This document shows, one piece after another, positions 1 to 9,958 of a stretch of DNA of 64,000 nt; position 1 is the stretch's first letter, and every line of letters starts with the position of its first letter. The DNA is from Candidatus Cloacimonadales bacterium. GTDB lineage: Bacteria; Cloacimonadota; Cloacimonadia; Cloacimonadales; JAIOQZ01. Position numbers and translations under genes: made by a program. The DNA is taken from positions 3,424,001 through 3,488,000 of the forward strand of contig OY762463.1 of NCBI GenBank assembly GCA_963665815.1, in the 5' to 3' direction. Below the pieces are notes generated by a model that worked only from the letters and a program-made list of their open reading frames with translations, made no database searches and was not told the DNA's origin.

Positions 1-5
1 ATCAA

Positions 6-296
6 ATGGCAACACGGAAATACCGAATTAAAGTTAGACAAAGTTCAAACAACCTTGAAGTGTATGGTGAAGCAGTAAGTATATTAAAAAAAGCAGTAAA
101 TGGTTGGGATATATGTATTGAAATAAAAGAAAATCCCAAAAAGGGTAGTTTCAGACCATCTACAGGCTACTATTTTTATACGAATGGGATTATTGAAATA
201 CAAGATAATCCTGATTGTATGCAAAATTTTAAATCTTGGTGGATGAGTATTTCGAAGCATGTAGCTCTAAGACCAATAAAAATTTCTGAATGTTAG
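6..296 (+). CDS. Hypothetical protein (96 aa)
   Basis: ORF ending 12 nt before the next co-directional gene; no recognised motif. Confidence 0.5.
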   Translation: MATRKYRIKVRQSSNNLEVYGEAVSILKKAVNGWDICIEIKENPKKGSFRPSTGYYFYTNGIIEIQDNPDCMQNFKSWWMSISKHVALRPIKISEC

Positions 297-308
297 TGGT
301 CAGTAATT

Positions 309-3053
309 ATGAAAGAAAGTATCAATAAACTTTCAATAAAAAAAATTCATAGAGAAGACTTGTTAGATCAAATTGTAAATGAAAATGAAAAGAGAAGACA
401 CTATTGGGAATCTAAATACCCAAACCATATAGAGTGGATAAAAAAAGTAATCGCAAATCATAAGAAGAACACATATGAGAGGGTGATTCTTGGTGGTTTT
501 GCAAATATCAATAATGAGGAAGTATTTTGCTGTTCTGTAATATTGAAGAAAAATCCTTTCACAACTTTTTTAGAGATAAAAAATCTAATTCTATTTGAGT
601 CTTTACTTAAAGAATGTGCTGAAACTCAAGAAAAATTAAATAAATTATTGTTGAAGCACATTTCACTTTTTGCAGAAGAAAGAGGTTATACTAAGCTTAT
701 AATTGAACTCACCAATACAAATCTTGCTGATAATAAGTTGATTAAATTGTTTCTTGAGGAGGATTTCGTTATAGCAGGAAGTCAGACATCATTATATGCT
801 GATAACAATGATGTTGTATATCTTGTAAAGGAGTTAAGCTCTCTTTATTCATTGGATTCTTTTGATTATGATAAAATTGCCTTTTGGATTATGGATAAAT
901 ACATAGGTGGAGGAAAATTAAACTATAACATATTAAGTTATGTAAAAGTATCTACAATTGATAGACACGGTAAATCTTGTGATTATGAAGGTGCTGTACA
1001 TACATATAAAATAAGCAGAAATGAATCAGATAGTATGCTATCTAACCTTTTCTCATTAGTTATACAGGTTCTTGTAATTAATGAGAGTACAATGAATTCA
1101 AGAATAACAAAGGAAATCACGAATATAGAAAGGACGACATGCAATAATTCTAGTTTTTTTGTATTTAATTTTACAGAAATAAAAATTAAAGAGCAAGAAA
1201 ACATTAAATTGATCAATAAAAGTGAGATTGATAATCTTATAAATCTTGAAAAAATGCCTTTAATACATACTAGGTTATCTTATAGAGAAATTGGAGGACT
1301 TTTGTTAATGTCGGATCCTAAGATTTTCCCTTTTGAAAAACTAAAGGATAATATCAGGGATAATATTGTTTCTGTATATATTAAACTTGGTGCACTCGGT
1401 CAATTTATAGATAATAGGATGCCAATTTTTTTAGCTTATTTTAACTCAAAAAATCGTTTATCTATATGGGGGATATTACATCAAGACAGTAGGTTCCCAG
1501 AATCTAAGAACATTTATGAACTAGAAGGTGAAAATTCTAAAGATAAATATGAAAACTTCTATCAAGTCCTTATTCGTGATGGAACTTCTCCATTATGGAA
1601 CCTCGATGAGTTCAAAAGACATAGTTCATATAACTCATCTGGGAATTTCATATGTTACTTCATAAAGAATTTTGATGAATATCGTGATGAAGATGCCGAC
1701 AATATAATTATTGATAACTCAATAATAGAAGGATTTGAAGAAAAGTATCAAGATCAGGCATTTGATTTCTATGTCTCAAAGAAAGAAGTTAATAACATTC
1801 TTAAAAAGAAACAGGTGATTGATAACAGGAGGAATGAAATTAATATGGATAAGAGAAAAAATATTATTGAGGGCAAAATTTGCAAAGAAAAATATGATAA
1901 TGAAAATAAAGAACGATTGGGAAAAATTTTGTATAACAAAAATGTAGTGCCTTCTCTGACGGCAACTTCAAAGAAAGAATTAAGAAAAATAATCGATAAT
2001 AGTTACAATAGATCACAAGAAACAATAAACAGTATTATTCAAAAATTAAAGTCTGTGCTACCAGAATTCTTGCACAATAAAGAATACTCTAATATCTCAA
2101 TAGGATTATTTGGTTCTGTGGGAAGACTGGAGATGCATTCAAGGTCTGATGTAGAATTCGTAATTGTGTATGAGAGCAATGAGTCTGATGTAAATAAAGA
2201 ACATTCACTTCTTACATGGAACATTGTTAGAAATGCTATTGAAGAAATTGGGTTTGAATGGGAAGGAAAACAGATGTTTGAAGTCGACAGTGATTATGAA
2301 TTAACGACTGAGATTTATGATTCTTATGTTGTGGAAAATGATTTTCCTAACAAGTATCTCCCAATAATTGACATAAGAACTCTATTGAGCAAAAATATGC
2401 ATATGGACGCGAGATTGAAGTCAAGATACTATCAATTACTAACTGAGTTAACTCCAATATATAATCCAGAATTACTGGATAAGCTAAAAATGCAGATGAT
2501 TAACGACAATATTCCTGGTGAAAAAAGTTGGGGATCTATATATCATTCATCATTTTTTAATGAGATTATGGGAGATTATTATAATAACACTAGGCCAGAA
2601 AAGTTCCTTAGTATAGAGGATGTTAAAAAATTCTGCTATAGGGTTCTAAATGTTCTTATGTTTAAAATAAGTACATTGAAAAGTCTAATTAAATTTGATG
2701 CATTACATGATGAAGCTGATATATCATTGTTACTGAAACAATTTAATCAATCACCTTTTACAAGACTAATCAGTTTAATCTTTGAAAGAATTGATTGTAC
2801 AAGCAAGGAAATTGACTATCTTTTTAATGGATATATAGAAATGTTTCATTATTTCTCACACTATAAAACAACGAATGGTGATTTAGAAATTAGTGAAGCA
2901 GCAAGAATAATGATTAAAAATATAATAGAAACCATTGAAGAAATATTCAAGATAATAAAAAGACGCTATCCACAGATATTTGATAAGAGTCCATGGTTAT
3001 TCGGTGAGAATGAATTGAGTGAGTTAGCTCGTGCATTGGTCAGTGTCCATTAA
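309..3053 (+). CDS. Multidomain protein: N-terminal GNAT-like domain, C-terminal Pol-beta-superfamily nucleotidyltransferase (DUF294-like)
   Basis: GNAT-like pattern LEIKNLIL..LFAEERGYTKLIIEL..LFLEEDFVIAG; NTase motif GLFGSVGRLEMHSRSDVEFVIVY. Confidence 0.65.
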   Translation: MKESINKLSIKKIHREDLLDQIVNENEKRRHYWESKYPNHIEWIKKVIANHKKNTYERVILGGFANINNEEVFCCSVILKKNPFTTFLEIKNLILFESLLKECAETQEKLNKLLLKHISLFAEERGYTKLIIELTNTNLADNKLIKLFLEEDFVIAGSQTSLYADNNDVVYLVKELSSLYSLDSFDYDKIAFWIMDKYIGGGKLNYNILSYVKVSTIDRHGKSCDYEGAVHTYKISRNESDSMLSNLFSLVIQVLVINESTMNSRITKEITNIERTTCNNSSFFVFNFTEIKIKEQENIKLINKSEIDNLINLEKMPLIHTRLSYREIGGLLLMSDPKIFPFEKLKDNIRDNIVSVYIKLGALGQFIDNRMPIFLAYFNSKNRLSIWGILHQDSRFPESKNIYELEGENSKDKYENFYQVLIRDGTSPLWNLDEFKRHSSYNSSGNFICYFIKNFDEYRDEDADNIIIDNSIIEGFEEKYQDQAFDFYVSKKEVNNILKKKQVIDNRRNEINMDKRKNIIEGKICKEKYDNENKERLGKILYNKNVVPSLTATSKKELRKIIDNSYNRSQETINSIIQKLKSVLPEFLHNKEYSNISIGLFGSVGRLEMHSRSDVEFVIVYESNESDVNKEHSLLTWNIVRNAIEEIGFEWEGKQMFEVDSDYELTTEIYDSYVVENDFPNKYLPIIDIRTLLSKNMHMDARLKSRYYQLLTELTPIYNPELLDKLKMQMINDNIPGEKSWGSIYHSSFFNEIMGDYYNNTRPEKFLSIEDVKKFCYRVLNVLMFKISTLKSLIKFDALHDEADISLLLKQFNQSPFTRLISLIFERIDCTSKEIDYLFNGYIEMFHYFSHYKTTNGDLEISEAARIMIKNIIETIEEIFKIIKRRYPQIFDKSPWLFGENELSELARALVSVH

Positions 3054-3145
3054 ACATCTATTACTATATATATGAAATCATAATTTATTGATAGATATAC
3101 AGAAAAGAAGGATAGACCTTTTTTTAATATATTCATCCAACCGGT

Positions 3146-4018
3146 TCATGCTACTTTTACAGTATTCATCAAACCTTGGTAGTAGTTGCAAAACTCATTG
3201 CATCTACAATATTCCATACATCGTATGGGTTCTGATTGTCGGATCTCAACAACTAAGTCTGAGCGCTTAGTTTTACGGATATATTCTTCTGCTTGGGGTC
3301 TGTCATCAAAAAGCTTTGTTGCTCGTTTAGCATTTACTTTTTGTACTGCCCAGCGTATAGTCTGCCATCTTTCTTCCGGTAGACAAACAGGAATATCGTC
3401 ATCCGGGAGATTTAAAGCCATTTCGAAAAGCTTTATCCTTTTTCTAATGAATTCCTCAACTTGTTCGTTTGACCATACTTTTAGATTGATAGTCTCTATC
3501 TGACGAGGATAGTTGCATTCTCTCTTGAACTTTGACTTGCTCCAGTCTCTGAAGATCGTGATTACTTTTAGACGATTAACTGGGAATCCTGCTTTTCTAA
3601 ATAGATATGCATAGATATTAAGCTGCTCTGTCCATTCTTTAATACGTGACTTGAATATGTAAGTCCATATTGAGGTAAACTTGTAATCCGAAATAGTTCT
3701 GTTCTCATACAGGTCTACAGCACCAGATATAAGCCTTCCATCAATAGAAGCAAACAACCTTTCTTCATTGATTGAGTTTTCCCATTCTGACTTCTCAAGT
3801 ACTGCATGCATTGCAGATCCCATTAAAGACCAGATAAGATCACTGGCTTCCTCAACAATTTCTTCTGAATGTCTTTTCTCCAGAACGAATATCTTTGGTG
3901 GTTTAAGCAATCCAGTTACACTTGAAAAATGATTCACATTAGAGCCGGAATACCAGCCCTTCTTTATAGATCTAAAGATTGGATCAGGTATTCCGTTTCT
4001 ATTAGTAATAACAGTCAT
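3146..4018 (-). CDS. PD-(D/E)XK (Cas4/RecB-like) phage-type nuclease
   Basis: GSAMHAVLE, EERL..ISGAVDL..ISDYKFT, QLNIYAY and a C-terminal Cys cluster (CMEYCRCNEFC). Confidence 0.85.
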   Translation of the reverse strand: MTVITNRNGIPDPIFRSIKKGWYSGSNVNHFSSVTGLLKPPKIFVLEKRHSEEIVEEASDLIWSLMGSAMHAVLEKSEWENSINEERLFASIDGRLISGAVDLYENRTISDYKFTSIWTYIFKSRIKEWTEQLNIYAYLFRKAGFPVNRLKVITIFRDWSKSKFKRECNYPRQIETINLKVWSNEQVEEFIRKRIKLFEMALNLPDDDIPVCLPEERWQTIRWAVQKVNAKRATKLFDDRPQAEEYIRKTKRSDLVVEIRQSEPIRCMEYCRCNEFCNYYQGLMNTVKVA

Positions 4019-4023
4019 AGTAC

Positions 4024-4236
4024 TTAAGCAGCTTGTTCTAATGGTTTGTTGTATTCATAATACTGTGTGAGTATTTCCTGAACAACTTTTGCAAATGATA
4101 TTCTGTCATCACCTGCTTCTTCTCGAGCTTTCATGTCTTCAAGTACGTTTCTGATAAGTTTGTTCTGAAGGTAGATTCCTTTCGTTGTTCCACCGATTTC
4201 CGGTAAATTATCAATTTGTTTTTGGATACTTGCCAT
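4024..4236 (-). CDS. Small protein, possibly ribbon-helix-helix DNA-binding
   Basis: RBS (taggag) upstream; TKGIYL followed by two helix-like segments; sits in the operon. Confidence 0.55.
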   Translation of the reverse strand: MASIQKQIDNLPEIGGTTKGIYLQNKLIRNVLEDMKAREEAGDDRISFAKVVQEILTQYYEYNKPLEQAA

Positions 4237-4274
4237 AATTTTAACTCCTATGCGGCTATTTGGTTTAATTCTTG

Positions 4275-5123
4275 TTATATTTTACTTAATTTCGAACTGT
4301 TTGCAGTCATGATGTTTTTGTAGATTGCTTTCCCTTCATCCTCTTCTATAGCACCTACACGAATCAGCGAATAGAGTTTATCTATAGACTGGAATTGATT
4401 GTAGAAGAACTTAAGAAGTCCAAATCCTGTACCGGGATCTTTGACTTTGCTCTTATACTCATGGAATCGCTTCTCAGTCAGAGCTTTCTGTTCATACAGA
4501 GAATCGATAAACTCTAAAAGCAGGATTCTCATTGAACCCGAGTCTGTAGGCATTTCATTACGCTCCTGAGTGCTTGGTTGTGATTCTTTCGGGTAGTCCG
4601 CCGGTAATTCGGAAATCTGGGTTTCCAGTTTAGCAGCTTTCTCTGATCTTGCCCAAGAAGGTAATTCCGGTACAATCCAGAAAGCCGAGATATCCTTTGA
4701 ATAGTATGTGTGTAACTTTTCCTTTGGTATGTTATAAGGTTTGGTTCTATGAAGCTCTACAATATGCTCAGGTAGATTGTAGAGGTAACGACCAATTCCA
4801 AACTTCACTGCTGCTCTTTTCAGGGAATCCGAAAATCCACCTTTCAGAGCTTCGATATTTGTAAACTGAGCAGTATCCTGCTTGCATATCCATTCTCCTT
4901 CAATAAGAACTGATAATTTACACAATACCCCTGTAGGCAAAACTTCGTATGAGTCCACCCAACCACTTACACCAAAGATATCGTCAAGCCTGTCCATGAC
5001 AGCCCTAGATGTTATATAAGCAAGAACAACCGCTTTCTGGTTGTTCTTGAATACTCGAGCAATTCGAAACTCAATATCACTTGCCGGAAAAGGTTTCTTC
5101 AATTGTTGTTCAATATCATTCAT
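4275..5123 (-). CDS. Rad52/Rad22-family (Sak-like) single-strand annealing protein
   Basis: LKKPFPASDIEFR, LAYITSRAVMDRLDDIFG..W, KGGFSDSLKRAAVKFGIGRYLY. Confidence 0.9.
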   Translation of the reverse strand: MNDIEQQLKKPFPASDIEFRIARVFKNNQKAVVLAYITSRAVMDRLDDIFGVSGWVDSYEVLPTGVLCKLSVLIEGEWICKQDTAQFTNIEALKGGFSDSLKRAAVKFGIGRYLYNLPEHIVELHRTKPYNIPKEKLHTYYSKDISAFWIVPELPSWARSEKAAKLETQISELPADYPKESQPSTQERNEMPTDSGSMRILLLEFIDSLYEQKALTEKRFHEYKSKVKDPGTGFGLLKFFYNQFQSIDKLYSLIRVGAIEEDEGKAIYKNIMTANSSKLSKI

Positions 5124-5191
5124 TTTGTAATCCTTTGAGTCTGATTGTTATAAGACTCTAAAAGTTGTTTTCAAGATTGTAGCTTTGTCTG

Positions 5192-5413
5192 TTAGTCGGT
5201 TTTTCTGTTTGTATGATTTTGGAGTACACATTCAAGAGCTTTTCTTTCAGCCATGAATCGAGATAAACCACCATCGAATTCTATGATCCCCGCTCTTTCG
5301 ATAAACTCCTCAAGTAGGTTTTCCAATTCAATGTTGTTCTTTGCAACATCAGATAGTTTCTTGTAAATACCAGCTGATACATTTTGCTTCATATTGTGAA
5401 GATTAGCATTCAT
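5192..5413 (-). CDS. Hypothetical protein (73 aa)
   Basis: ATGA overlap with the upstream gene; same operon. Confidence 0.6.
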   Translation of the reverse strand: MNANLHNMKQNVSAGIYKKLSDVAKNNIELENLLEEFIERAGIIEFDGGLSRFMAERKALECVLQNHTNRKTD

Positions 5414-5682
5414 GATTGCCTTTCCTTAGTATAACACTCATGACATAAATATGTATCATCATCCTCACAGCTATGACATGTATCTTCAAACTCATATTTC
5501 TTACATATCTTGCATTGTTTAAACCAGCCTTCCTGAAAGCAACTTATGCAGAGAGTTCCATGGTTGATAGAAACAATATCATCTCTGTTTTCTTCATCAA
5601 AGATTGTTCCGCAGATGATGCATTGCTCCAAAATCTCTTCTCTAACTTCAATTGGTTTAATCCTTCTTGTCACTTCCTCCAT
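5410..5682 (-). CDS. Cys-rich putative zinc-binding protein
   Basis: Five CxxC pairs; RBS ggag upstream. Confidence 0.7.
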   Translation of the reverse strand: MEEVTRRIKPIEVREEILEQCIICGTIFDEENRDDIVSINHGTLCISCFQEGWFKQCKICKKYEFEDTCHSCEDDDTYLCHECYTKERQS

Positions 5683-5770
5683 TGTTTCTCCCTTTACATA
5701 TAATTAATTCACTTAACACACCAACAACAATACTAACTATGATTTTTATTACTCCTTTGATAATATCCTC

Positions 5771-6082
5771 CTAGTATTCACTTGGATATAGAAAGGTTCC
5801 TACAAAGTATTCTCCATAGTCATCAATCTTGAACCAGATAACAGAACCGAGTTTAAGACCTATCGTTTTAACGATTATCCCTTCTTTCAGGTCACCGTTT
5901 TTGAAACTATAACCTTCCAAAGTAATATTGGTTTTTGATGCTTCTCCAGGTCTGAACACGAACATATCGTAATCATGTTTTTCAAAGAGTTGTTGAACTG
6001 TTAATGTCAGTAATGGAAGGACATTTTGAAAATCATGTTGAATTGTTTGAGTAGCAAAAATGTTTAATGGTTTAATAGGCAT
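5771..6082 (-). CDS. Mobile-element protein with DUF960-like C-terminus
   Basis: Ends IWFKIDD..GTFLYPSEY; strong ggaggt RBS. Confidence 0.55.
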   Translation of the reverse strand: MPIKPLNIFATQTIQHDFQNVLPLLTLTVQQLFEKHDYDMFVFRPGEASKTNITLEGYSFKNGDLKEGIIVKTIGLKLGSVIWFKIDDYGEYFVGTFLYPSEY

Positions 6083-6108
6083 ATCACCTCCAGTTATAAT
6101 AATTAAAT

Positions 6109-6137
6109 TGACCTATAATCATTGCGATTATAGGTCA
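6109..6137. terminator. Perfect 12-bp inverted repeat (terminator or operator)
   Basis: tgacctataatc-attgc-gattataggtca; no clear U-tract. Confidence 0.5.
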
Positions 6138-6174
6138 TAATTAAAATATGAAGATAAACATAAGCTAAATACGG

Positions 6175-6759
6175 CTAATTGATTAAACTACTAAACACAT
6201 CATACGATTGCTCTATCAGATCTTCCATTGCTTCTTCAAGCATATCTTTCACAGTTGTATCTTTAATTACAGCTAATACTTTTATCTTCTTTGCTACTAA
6301 TTCGTTTACGTTGATTGTTAGCTTCACAGAACTTGATTTAATACTAACAACAGGTTCTTCGTCGAAGTTATCATAAAGTTCAGTAATTGTTTCTGCTAGT
6401 GATTCTGTTTCGTCAAGCTCATCCTCTATTTCCTCATATAACTGTATCGCCTGATCAAAATCATCCTCATGATCCTCCTGTTCTTCTTCATAGCTATCTG
6501 AAGACTTCAATTGATCTTCTTCTCCCTCAAAAATATTATGATAAGATTTATCAGTAAATGGATTAAATGTGACTGGACTAGCGACACTATCATCATTATT
6601 GTTATTATTGTTATATCCATTGATTTTATCAGCTCTATTAACATCATCTTGATCACCCTCCTTATTTTGTGTATGTGTAGCTTTTTTCGCTTGTTCAAGC
6701 ATGTACTGCCTATACTTCGCTGGATTCCTTCGTAATCTGTTATACTTCATTATTTCCAT
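6175..6759 (-). CDS. Acidic protein with C-terminal ribbon-helix-helix-like domain
   Basis: KLTINVNELVAKKIKVLAVIKDTTVKDMLEEAMEDLI; aaggag RBS. Confidence 0.7.
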   Translation of the reverse strand: MEIMKYNRLRRNPAKYRQYMLEQAKKATHTQNKEGDQDDVNRADKINGYNNNNNNDDSVASPVTFNPFTDKSYHNIFEGEEDQLKSSDSYEEEQEDHEDDFDQAIQLYEEIEDELDETESLAETITELYDNFDEEPVVSIKSSSVKLTINVNELVAKKIKVLAVIKDTTVKDMLEEAMEDLIEQSYDVFSSLIN

Positions 6760-6886
6760 TTGTTATTTTCTCCTTAAAAATTATTTAATTTTATGTTCGA
6801 AAAATCTGGAACCCGACGACTCGAAAATACGAGAGTTCAAAAAATGGTTTTGAGCTGATTTGCCCTGATTGAATGTACTGGATAAT

Positions 6887-7306
6887 CTATTGTACAGCAG
6901 CTGTATTAGTATTATGTAGATATTGTGTAATTGCAGATGTAGTAATTGATGATAATGTTTTGTCTATTTCTAAGGCAAAGAATTTTAAATCCTTTATCAA
7001 CTGTTTATCAATTAATAATGTTAACTTACCTTTATCAACTGGTCTTCTTTTTGCTTTCTTTCTGGTTATCTCTGGTTTACTCATTATTTCCTCCTCATGT
7101 TTTAAAAGTATATTCTCAATATCGACTGTAGCAGTTTCTGCAAGAAACTGGTCAGTAGAGGGATTAATTTTATGTTCACTCAGAAAACCGAAAATTTTAT
7201 CGAAAAATTTTCGAACATTATAATAATCGAAATCGTAGATTTCGGAAGAAAGGGGGATTAGGGGGTTCAAGTAGTTTAAAAAGAGTTTATGTTGGAGTAG
7301 TTCCAA
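6887..7306 (-). CDS. Protein with C-terminal ribbon-helix-helix-like domain (start uncertain)
   Basis: KLTLLIDKQLIKDLKFFALEIDKTLSSITTSAITQYL, similar to the neighbouring gene's C-terminus. Confidence 0.6.
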   Translation of the reverse strand: MELLQHKLFLNYLNPLIPLSSEIYDFDYYNVRKFFDKIFGFLSEHKINPSTDQFLAETATVDIENILLKHEEEIMSKPEITRKKAKRRPVDKGKLTLLIDKQLIKDLKFFALEIDKTLSSITTSAITQYLHNTNTAAVQ

Positions 7307-7510
7307 GAAGAGGAAGAAAAAGAGAACATTAAGAAGATAAGGGTGAACAGGGGGGATGTGTTGAATTAGGAATCAGTAAAATAACTGCTGTTAGATCAAT
7401 CTGAAATATTTTACTTGACTTATTATAGTTTATGTAAAACAAATCATAAGTTCATACAATGTATGGATTAGACTATAATGTAACAGAATTTTATGGATAA
7501 AGGAAATAGA

Positions 7511-9664
7511 ATGGCAAAGAAAAAAGCGGTGAAACAAGAACCTCTTGAAAAGCAATTATGGAAAGCAGCTGACAAATTAAGAAAGAATATTGATGCAGCA
7601 GAATATAAGCATGTAGTACTAGGTTTGATATTCCTCCGATATATCTCTGATTCTTTTGAAGACTTACATATTAAATTGAAAGAAGGTATTGGGGAGTATG
7701 AAGGAGCTGACCCGGAAGATAAAGACGAATACAAAGCTGAAAATGTTTTCTTTGTTCCACTAAATGCTCGTTGGTCTTACTTACAAAGCAGAGCGAAGCT
7801 ACCTGAAATTGGAAAAGATATTGATGGAGCAATGGATTTGATCGAAAAAGAAAATCCTTCACTCAAGAATGTATTACCAAAAGTCTATGCCAGACAAAAT
7901 CTTGATCCGACAAGTCTCGGTGAATTGATAGATTTAGTCGGTAATATTGCTCTCAGAGACACTAAAAAGAAAAGTGCTGATGTCCTTGGACATGTGTTTG
8001 AATACTTCCTTGGTGAATTCGCTCTTGCAGAAGGTAAAAAAGGGGGACAGTTCTATACACCACGATGCGTTGTTGAACTGCTTGTGCAAATGCTAGAACC
8101 ATATAGAGGACGAGTTCTTGATCCATGCTGTGGTTCTGGTGGAATGTTTGTTCAATCCGAGAAATTTGTGGAAGACCATCAAGGTAACCTTAATAATATC
8201 TCAATATACGGACAGGAAAGCAACCAAACGACCTGGAGATTGGCAAAGATGAACCTTGCAATACGTGGAATTGACTCCTCTCAGGTTAAGTGGAATAATG
8301 AAGGATCTTTCCTCAATGATGCTCATAAAGACCTTAAAGCTGATTTTGTTATAGCGAATCCACCATTTAACTCCAGTGACTGGAGCGGAGAACTACTAAC
8401 AAGTGACGGACGCTGGAAGCATGGAACACCACCAAAAGGTAACGCTAACTATGCCTGGATTCAACATTTCCTCTATCATTTAGCTCCAACAGGACAAGCA
8501 GGATTTGTCCTTGCAAAAGGTGCATTGACATCCAAAACATCCGGTGAAGGTGATATTAGAAAGAATCTGATAGAAGCTAAACTTGTTGATTGTGTAGTTA
8601 ACCTCCCAGCAAAGCTATTTCTTAATACTCAGATTCCTGCTAGTTTATGGTTTTTGAATAGAAACAAAGCTAATGGTGGATTTAGAAACAGAGAAGATGA
8701 AATATTGTTTATAGATGCTCGAAATATGGGACATTTGATTAACAGACGAACTAGAGAGCTATCACATGATGATATAATGGAAATAGCTGATACCTACCAC
8801 AAATGGAAATCCCCTGTGTCCCCTGAAGGGGAAATTAAAGCTCATATGTCCCCTGAAGGGAAAATTAATGGAATAGATGAACAAGAACGTGATAAAAAGA
8901 AACCGTCAGTTCTTAAATCATCAAATCCTGCATTATATATGGAGTTAAATGATAAAGCAGTTAAAATGCGGAATAATCCAACAAAAGCAGAAAGTAAGTT
9001 GTGGAACTTATTACGAGGGAAAAAATTAGGAGTGAAATTCAGGCAACAACATATTGTTAACAAATTCATTGTTGATTTCTGTTCTCTGGAAAAAGCTTTG
9101 ATTATTGAAGTAGATGGAGAAATTCATGAAAAACAAAAAGAAGCTGATTTACTTCGTACTGAAGTTCTGATAAATGAGGGTTATCGAGTAATTAGGTTTA
9201 CTAATGATCAAGTATTGAATGATATCGAAAATGTGTTAGCCACAATCCGAAGTGAATTATTGAAAGCCCCTAAATCCCCTAAAGGGGAAATTAAAGCCCC
9301 TGTGTTTAATGAAAAATCCCCTTTAGGTGAGGAGAAAAATCATTTGTTTAATGAAAAGTCCCCTTTAGGTGAGGAGAAAGATCATTTGTTTGATGAAAAG
9401 TCCCCTTTAGGGGATTTAGGGGCTTACGAAGACATTAAAGGTTATTGTTGTTCAGTTCCGTTAGATAAAGTTAGAGAACTGGATTATGTGCTTACTCCGG
9501 GTAGGTACGTTGGACTTGCAGAAGTAGAAGATGATTTTGATTTTAAAGAACGATTTACATCTCTAAAAGCTGAGTTTGAAGAACAATTAAAAGAAGAAGC
9601 CGTACTTAATAAAAGAATACTGGAAAATCTTTCTAAGATCAAGATGCCGGTAGATGGTAAATAA
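7511..9664 (+). CDS. hsdM: Type I RM N6-adenine methyltransferase subunit with in-frame DUF559 insertion
   Basis: [35 protein letters not shown]; start moved to the ATG behind an aagga RBS. Confidence 0.95.
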   Translation: MAKKKAVKQEPLEKQLWKAADKLRKNIDAAEYKHVVLGLIFLRYISDSFEDLHIKLKEGIGEYEGADPEDKDEYKAENVFFVPLNARWSYLQSRAKLPEIGKDIDGAMDLIEKENPSLKNVLPKVYARQNLDPTSLGELIDLVGNIALRDTKKKSADVLGHVFEYFLGEFALAEGKKGGQFYTPRCVVELLVQMLEPYRGRVLDPCCGSGGMFVQSEKFVEDHQGNLNNISIYGQESNQTTWRLAKMNLAIRGIDSSQVKWNNEGSFLNDAHKDLKADFVIANPPFNSSDWSGELLTSDGRWKHGTPPKGNANYAWIQHFLYHLAPTGQAGFVLAKGALTSKTSGEGDIRKNLIEAKLVDCVVNLPAKLFLNTQIPASLWFLNRNKANGGFRNREDEILFIDARNMGHLINRRTRELSHDDIMEIADTYHKWKSPVSPEGEIKAHMSPEGKINGIDEQERDKKKPSVLKSSNPALYMELNDKAVKMRNNPTKAESKLWNLLRGKKLGVKFRQQHIVNKFIVDFCSLEKALIIEVDGEIHEKQKEADLLRTEVLINEGYRVIRFTNDQVLNDIENVLATIRSELLKAPKSPKGEIKAPVFNEKSPLGEEKNHLFNEKSPLGEEKDHLFDEKSPLGDLGAYEDIKGYCCSVPLDKVRELDYVLTPGRYVGLAEVEDDFDFKERFTSLKAEFEEQLKEEAVLNKRILENLSKIKMPVDGK
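8807..9425 (+). mobile_element. DUF559 (Vsr-like endonuclease) insert flanked by TCCCCT/AGGGGA palindromic repeats inside hsdM
   Basis: [40 protein letters not shown]; perfect 25-bp IR at 9264-9288/9401-9425 enclosing 39-bp tandem units; related repeats at 8807-8867. Confidence 0.8.
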
Positions 9665-9676
9665 TGGATATAATTT

Positions 9677-9955
9677 ATGTATAATGAGCTGATAACTACA
9701 CAGTCTATCAAAGATAGAATTTTCAATTTGCGTGGAAAACAAGTTATGATAGACAGAGATTTAGCAGAATTGTATAATGTTGAAGTGAAAAGACTAAACG
9801 AACAAGTAAAAAGAAATTTAGATAGATTTCCCGATGAATTTAGATTCCAATTGAATAGTAATGAAAAAAATGAACTGGTCGCAAATTGCGATCGGTTAAG
9901 CAATCTGAAGCATTCTACATCTGATATTGAAAGCAAATTAGGAAGCGAGGTGTAA
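9677..9955 (+). pseudogene. ORF6N-domain protein, apparently truncated
   Basis: IFNLRGKQVMIDRDLAELYNVEVKRLNEQVKRNLDRFPDEFRFQL; stops before the PYAFTEQG segment usual in this family. Confidence 0.7.
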
Positions 9956-9958
9956 GTT

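Noticed and set aside
3146..4018. CRISPR-associated cas4
   Set aside because: No cas1/cas2 or array nearby; context is a Rad52-type recombination module
6793..7218. Invertible segment bounded by atgttcgaaaa inverted copies
   Set aside because: Only 11 bp in AT-rich DNA, with no adjacent invertase; could be chance
8807..9425. Intein in HsdM
   Set aside because: No recognisable splicing blocks or terminal His-Asn at the junctions
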